Virus record (IMG/VR): IMGVR_UViG_3300037470_000325
Span: 1-48,664 of that record
Strand: one strand, 5' to 3'
Source: a virus
Lineage: Duplodnaviria; Caudoviricetes
DNA length: 48,664 nt
The notes under the pieces are model-generated. The model was given only the letters and a program-made list of their open reading frames with translations, had not been told where the DNA came from and ran no database searches. Of this stretch, positions 44,555-48,664 are shown piece by piece (the stretch's first letter is position 1; each line of letters starts with the position of its first letter). The translations under genes and the position numbers were made by a program.

Positions 44555-46110
44555 TGAAAGGCCCTACGATAAGACAAAACAAATCAGACTTGAATGCTCG
44601 GGTGGCAGACCTCGAGAAGATTGTTGAGGATCTCCAGAACATCCGGTCCGGCGAAGATGTCTACAACAGCAACGTCACTTCGGTTACGGAGCGTGTTGAG
44701 GGTCCATCTGCAAGTGACATCATCAATAGAATTGGGTTCTTTAATACTCGAACTTCTGCTCCTACATTCAGCCCATCGGGTTTTATAGACCAGATCCTGT
44801 GGAACACCGGCGACTCCAAGCTTTATTTCGGAGATAAGAAAAATGGTGTCTGGAGGTCTGTCGGGGGTGGGAGCGCTAAGACAGTCACTTTTGTAGTGGG
44901 TCCGGAGTCTAATTCTGATTCGGGAAGCTACGACTACACTACTGACGGAACATCTGATCAGGTGCAGATTCAGCAAGCGATTGATGCTTTGCCTACAAAT
45001 GGAGGGAAAATCATCTTGCGAGAAGGGACCTATACTATAAGCGCAGCCATTGAAGTTAATGACATAAACATCTCTATTGAGGGGATGGGCATAGGTACAA
45101 AAATACGACCAGCAAGTAGTGGTACACTTAACCTTTTTGAAGCATCAGGGGCGTTCTCCAGGCTATCTAACTTTTATATTGATGGAAGCAACAACACAAC
45201 AGGCACGATAGACGGTATCATGGCTTCCGGCAGAAACACAATAATCAAGAATGTGACCTTTATTGATCTTAGAGGTAGTGCGATTTCAGCTTTGACTATG
45301 GCGGAGGATAACTCCGATGAATCGCTTATTGATGGTTGTTATTTTAAAGACTGGGATAAAATTGCTGGTGGAAATGATTATGCAATAGAGGATTGGACAG
45401 GAACGGTTTCTAATTGCTTTTTCACTCATTCAAACACAGGCGCATCTTATGTATATAGCGAAAACAGGTCCACTTTTGTGGGTAATGTGTTTTATTTTCC
45501 AGCTTCATATATTGGGGTTGCGCTGTTTTTAGATACGTCCGAGTCTGTTATATCGGGTAATTACTTCTATGCGGCAGGGGCGTTTGGAGCAGCTATAGTT
45601 ATCCAAGCGAGTAACAGATCGTCTATAACAAGCAATCGTTTTGACGGAGGGGGTGTGGGTGCAGCTGGCGCCGTGATGGTGCAATCGTCATCTCGGAGCG
45701 CTGTTGTGGGTAATGTTTTTGACCAAGTCGCAGGTACCGCTATAGAACTGACCGGATCTGGAAGTGTCGCTACGGGAAATGTTATAGACGAATGTGGTAG
45801 ACATGGAATTTATGTATACGGTGACAATTGTTCTGTTACAGGAAATTTTATAAGGGGGGCTGGGAAAGAGACCAATGATACCTACGACAGTATCCGTATG
45901 GAAGCCACTGTAGGTACTTCGGACAGGAATGTAATAAATGGGAATACACTGACAGCTGAGGGTATAACCAACAAACCTAAATACCATATCAACGAGGTAG
46001 ACGGCGACAAGAATATCATAACTTCTAACGCCACAAATGCTGATGCAGTAACTGGTCAAATAAATGTAGTTGGAGTGAACACTGTAAATGGTTTTAATAT
46101 AACGACATGA
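44554..46110 (+). CDS. Tailspike-like beta-helix protein (possible depolymerase)
   Basis: DQVQIQQAIDALPTNGGKIILREGTY cap followed by repeated xxGNxx coils. Confidence 0.75.
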   Translation: MKGPTIRQNKSDLNARVADLEKIVEDLQNIRSGEDVYNSNVTSVTERVEGPSASDIINRIGFFNTRTSAPTFSPSGFIDQILWNTGDSKLYFGDKKNGVWRSVGGGSAKTVTFVVGPESNSDSGSYDYTTDGTSDQVQIQQAIDALPTNGGKIILREGTYTISAAIEVNDINISIEGMGIGTKIRPASSGTLNLFEASGAFSRLSNFYIDGSNNTTGTIDGIMASGRNTIIKNVTFIDLRGSAISALTMAEDNSDESLIDGCYFKDWDKIAGGNDYAIEDWTGTVSNCFFTHSNTGASYVYSENRSTFVGNVFYFPASYIGVALFLDTSESVISGNYFYAAGAFGAAIVIQASNRSSITSNRFDGGGVGAAGAVMVQSSSRSAVVGNVFDQVAGTAIELTGSGSVATGNVIDECGRHGIYVYGDNCSVTGNFIRGAGKETNDTYDSIRMEATVGTSDRNVINGNTLTAEGITNKPKYHINEVDGDKNIITSNATNADAVTGQINVVGVNTVNGFNITT

Positions 46111-47999
46111 CCACACTACACATTCCATCAGAAGACAGACGAGAATGGCGAGGTATATTTCCCTCTAAGTTTCAGGGTGACTTCCATACTTGTTGGAATA
46201 TAGACCTTGAGAACGAGTCATCCTTACTCGCGCTAGCTGGTAGGGGTCAAGTAGTCAAAGCTTCAGACTCTGATGCGCAATTCCTGCCTCCTGCAGGCTT
46301 TATACGCTCCAACGCCGATGGTACGGACAGATTTTGGGCCAACCTCCAGAACAGGCTATTTCGAACGCCTGGGGCCGATCCTTTCGGCGCATGGTCACAG
46401 GATACCCTGGCAAGCACTCCCTCTGACACCACAGGCTTCACAGCCAGGATTCAGGACATCGCCTTGCATGGAGATACCGATCACTCCGATACAAACCCCC
46501 AGGATAGACTTCTCGCCACGCTTAATACAGGAAACATTGCTATCTTAAACCCCACCTACGCCGTTAAAGCTTGGGATACTGACTGGTGGACCGATACCGT
46601 CAGCGGCGTTGCACAAGCTGCTATGAAAACCACTTATGGAGGACTTGCGGTCAGGCACGTTATGGGACGAATCCAGAAGCTTCTGATCATCTTGGATGGA
46701 GATGCTCTACATACGGTTGACAAGGACGATGTCGTTAACAACCGCTCAATCACATTCCCTCCGGGCTATGTAGGAACCTGTCTGTACACCACTCACGATC
46801 GAGCGTGGATTGGCATAAGAAACATTGTTGGGGACCACGGTTGGATCATTGAATGGGACGGATTCTCTGAAACTTTCAACGAAATGCATCCATTTGACGG
46901 TGTGCCTATCTCAGGTTGGGTTTGGAACAACCTGCCATTTTTCATAAACAACTATGGCCAGATAATGTATTTGGTTAATGACGGAGGCTTTATTGAGTCT
47001 AATGTCTTTCCTATCTTTGACGAGGGGCTTACCTTTTCCCTTTCTGATACCGATCCGAACCACGTCCATCACAGAGGTTGCTTCGTTGATGGGGACTTTG
47101 TAAAAATCCTCGCTGGCGCTCCCGTTAACTCTTTAAGGATGAAAGCCGGCCTTTGGGTCTTTGATATCCGAGGAGGCAATCTATTCCACCAGACTTCTCT
47201 CTCCGGGTATGTCACAGACACGGATGGAAGCCCTGATTTCGGCCAGCAGTATGTTAAACAGGTTGGCGCGGTCTATAACCTAAGGAGTGTCGGAGGAGGG
47301 GTCAAGGGGGCTTTGATGGGAGGTGAACACTACTCCTCTTATTCAGGGACCACCCAAGTCGCTATCTACAGGACCAACAACAACCGGTCAGCCGGGGATC
47401 CTACGAACCGAGGACACTTTCTCTCAGCGCAGATTCCGGCTGTTGGTATCACGGACAACTGGAAGAAAGCTTGGGCCATTTTCCGCAGATTCATCCACGG
47501 AGATAATAGGATTGTTATTAAGTCTAGGATTGAGGACGGCTACACGGCATCTGACACTGGAAACGGCAACAGAATCGGGGGTCCGCTTCAGTGTAGTGCC
47601 ACATGGCTCTCCGCTACCACATTCTCCGGCCCTATCCCTACAGGAGTTAAGGTAGGTGATGAGGTAGAGGTTATCGCCGGAGAGAACGCAGGTTGTACAT
47701 TCCACATCTCCGCGCTTTCAGGGACACCTGACGGACAAAATTCAGTAACAGTCACGATTGACGAGTCCGCACCATCATCTGACACGAACGGCGCTTTAGT
47801 AAGGTTTGATAACTGGACCAAGATCAGCACATTTTCAGATACCTCTGTCGACTATGAGGACTTCGTGATTATCGGGTCTGATTCAGATGGAGTTCAACAA
47901 AAGACCGCCACATTCGTTCAGTTTAAAGTTGAGATGAGAGGTAAAAAAGTAGAGCTCGGGCATCTACGCATTAACAGCGATCCTTCTAATATAAATTAA
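46107..47999 (+). CDS. Putative tail nozzle/stabilisation protein (beta-propeller-like)
   Basis: 630 aa, beta-rich, ending FVQFKVEM. Adjacent to the adaptor and ejection genes. Confidence 0.55.
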   Translation: MTTLHIPSEDRREWRGIFPSKFQGDFHTCWNIDLENESSLLALAGRGQVVKASDSDAQFLPPAGFIRSNADGTDRFWANLQNRLFRTPGADPFGAWSQDTLASTPSDTTGFTARIQDIALHGDTDHSDTNPQDRLLATLNTGNIAILNPTYAVKAWDTDWWTDTVSGVAQAAMKTTYGGLAVRHVMGRIQKLLIILDGDALHTVDKDDVVNNRSITFPPGYVGTCLYTTHDRAWIGIRNIVGDHGWIIEWDGFSETFNEMHPFDGVPISGWVWNNLPFFINNYGQIMYLVNDGGFIESNVFPIFDEGLTFSLSDTDPNHVHHRGCFVDGDFVKILAGAPVNSLRMKAGLWVFDIRGGNLFHQTSLSGYVTDTDGSPDFGQQYVKQVGAVYNLRSVGGGVKGALMGGEHYSSYSGTTQVAIYRTNNNRSAGDPTNRGHFLSAQIPAVGITDNWKKAWAIFRRFIHGDNRIVIKSRIEDGYTASDTGNGNRIGGPLQCSATWLSATTFSGPIPTGVKVGDEVEVIAGENAGCTFHISALSGTPDGQNSVTVTIDESAPSSDTNGALVRFDNWTKISTFSDTSVDYEDFVIIGSDSDGVQQKTATFVQFKVEMRGKKVELGHLRINSDPSNIN

Positions 48000-48000
48000 C

Positions 48001-48664
48001 ATGCCAGTACATGCATACAGCTCAATAGAGAACGACATTAATGACCTCGCTCACGCCGAGTTCAATAACATCACTCAGAAGCGTGCCTTAATAAATCGCG
48101 CTGTCAGGGATGTTTTGATGGATGCCGACCTCCGAAGTTCAAAGAGGCGCACTCAACTATCCCCAGCTCTCTTTCAAGGGATCTACGACTATACAAAACC
48201 GTCAGACCTTAAAGCTTGGAAAGTGATTGATGTCATCCAGCAGGTCAACAGGCCTACTGCACACAACGGCAGATTCGTCCTTACTACTCCTAATGAGTTC
48301 GACCAGATGAAGCGTGAGTATCGCAATCTGTTGGCCGTAGACGATAGGGACTTTGTAGGTAAATTGCGTATCTCTGCCCTACCTGATGACGATAAGACGG
48401 TCTTGCACGACTTTGAATCCCTCACATCGGACGGAACCGTTCAAGCTCTAGGCGCTGCTAACAACCTCACGGTTGATTCGGGAAACTATGTCAGCGGATC
48501 GCGCTCAGTTAACTTCGATATTGATACCACAGGTGTGGCTCCGGGGGTTGAGGTGGTTGATTTCACCGCCGTTGATCTCTCTGAGTATGAGGACGATCAG
48601 CTCTTTGCTTGGGTTTATCTGCAGGATGCATCTAAGGTTTCAAGTATAGACCTCAGGTGGGGTT
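48001..48664 (+). CDS. 5' part of putative head-tail adaptor (continues at window position 128)
   Basis: ATG 48001, MPVHAYSSIENDINDLAH...LINRAVRDV...YDYTKPSDLK, with no stop before the window end. Missed by the ORF track. Confidence 0.7.
   Translation, partial: MPVHAYSSIENDINDLAHAEFNNITQKRALINRAVRDVLMDADLRSSKRRTQLSPALFQGIYDYTKPSDLKAWKVIDVIQQVNRPTAHNGRFVLTTPNEFDQMKREYRNLLAVDDRDFVGKLRISALPDDDKTVLHDFESLTSDGTVQALGAANNLTVDSGNYVSGSRSVNFDIDTTGVAPGVEVVDFTAVDLSEYEDDQLFAWVYLQDASKVSSIDLRWG
48538..48664. repeat. Terminal direct repeat, right copy
   Basis: Identical to 1-127. Confidence 0.97.

Noticed and set aside
473-48425. Numerous minus-strand and short overlapping ORFs in the track
   Set aside because: They are antisense or alternate-frame shadows of well-supported plus-strand genes, with no motifs or expression signals.
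48538-48664. 127-bp terminal repeat as a biological direct terminal repeat
   Set aside because: It falls in the middle of an ORF and its length equals a common assembler k-mer, so it is best explained as circular-contig overlap.
1-48664. Stop-codon recoding, diversity-generating retroelement, retron or integrase
   Set aside because: Coding density is high under the standard code and TAA, TAG and TGA all end genes. I saw no reverse-transcriptase or recombinase motifs and no template/variable repeat pair.

Overview
The window is a complete, circularly assembled dsDNA tailed-phage genome. Its unique length is 48,537 bp, because bases 1-127 are repeated exactly at 48538-48664. It is podovirus-like: adaptor, nozzle and large ejection proteins are present, and I found no tape-measure or sheath gene. 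Almost all genes are on the + strand and use the standard code. I found no integrase, repressor or DNA polymerase. Module order: ejection proteins; lysis genes; a GC-rich accessory island; recombination and replication genes (PD-(D/E)XK nuclease, SSB, lambda-O-like initiator with internal iterons, DnaB-like helicase); a variable small-gene region with boundary repeats; a six-gene nonulosonic (sialic) acid biosynthesis cluster (SAM methyltransferase, NeuB, NeuC, NeuA, nucleotide-sugar dehydrogenase, D-2-hydroxyacid dehydrogenase); terminase, portal, scaffold and capsid; three paralogous sialyltransferase/Maf-like genes inside the virion module; and tail fibre, tailspike and tail genes. The leading candidate for a new system is a phage-encoded pathway that makes a CMP-nonulosonate donor and may transfer it onto the virion. 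Other notable signals are a ~290-nt tRNA-scaffold ncRNA with two large structured insertions, a promoter-driven 44-codon gene hidden out of frame in the giant ejection gene, two unrelated genes with identical flanking repeats, and a palindromic motif shared by four promoter-like regions. All protein calls come from reading motifs by eye; no database searches were run. A Patescibacteria/CPR-like host is only a soft inference.
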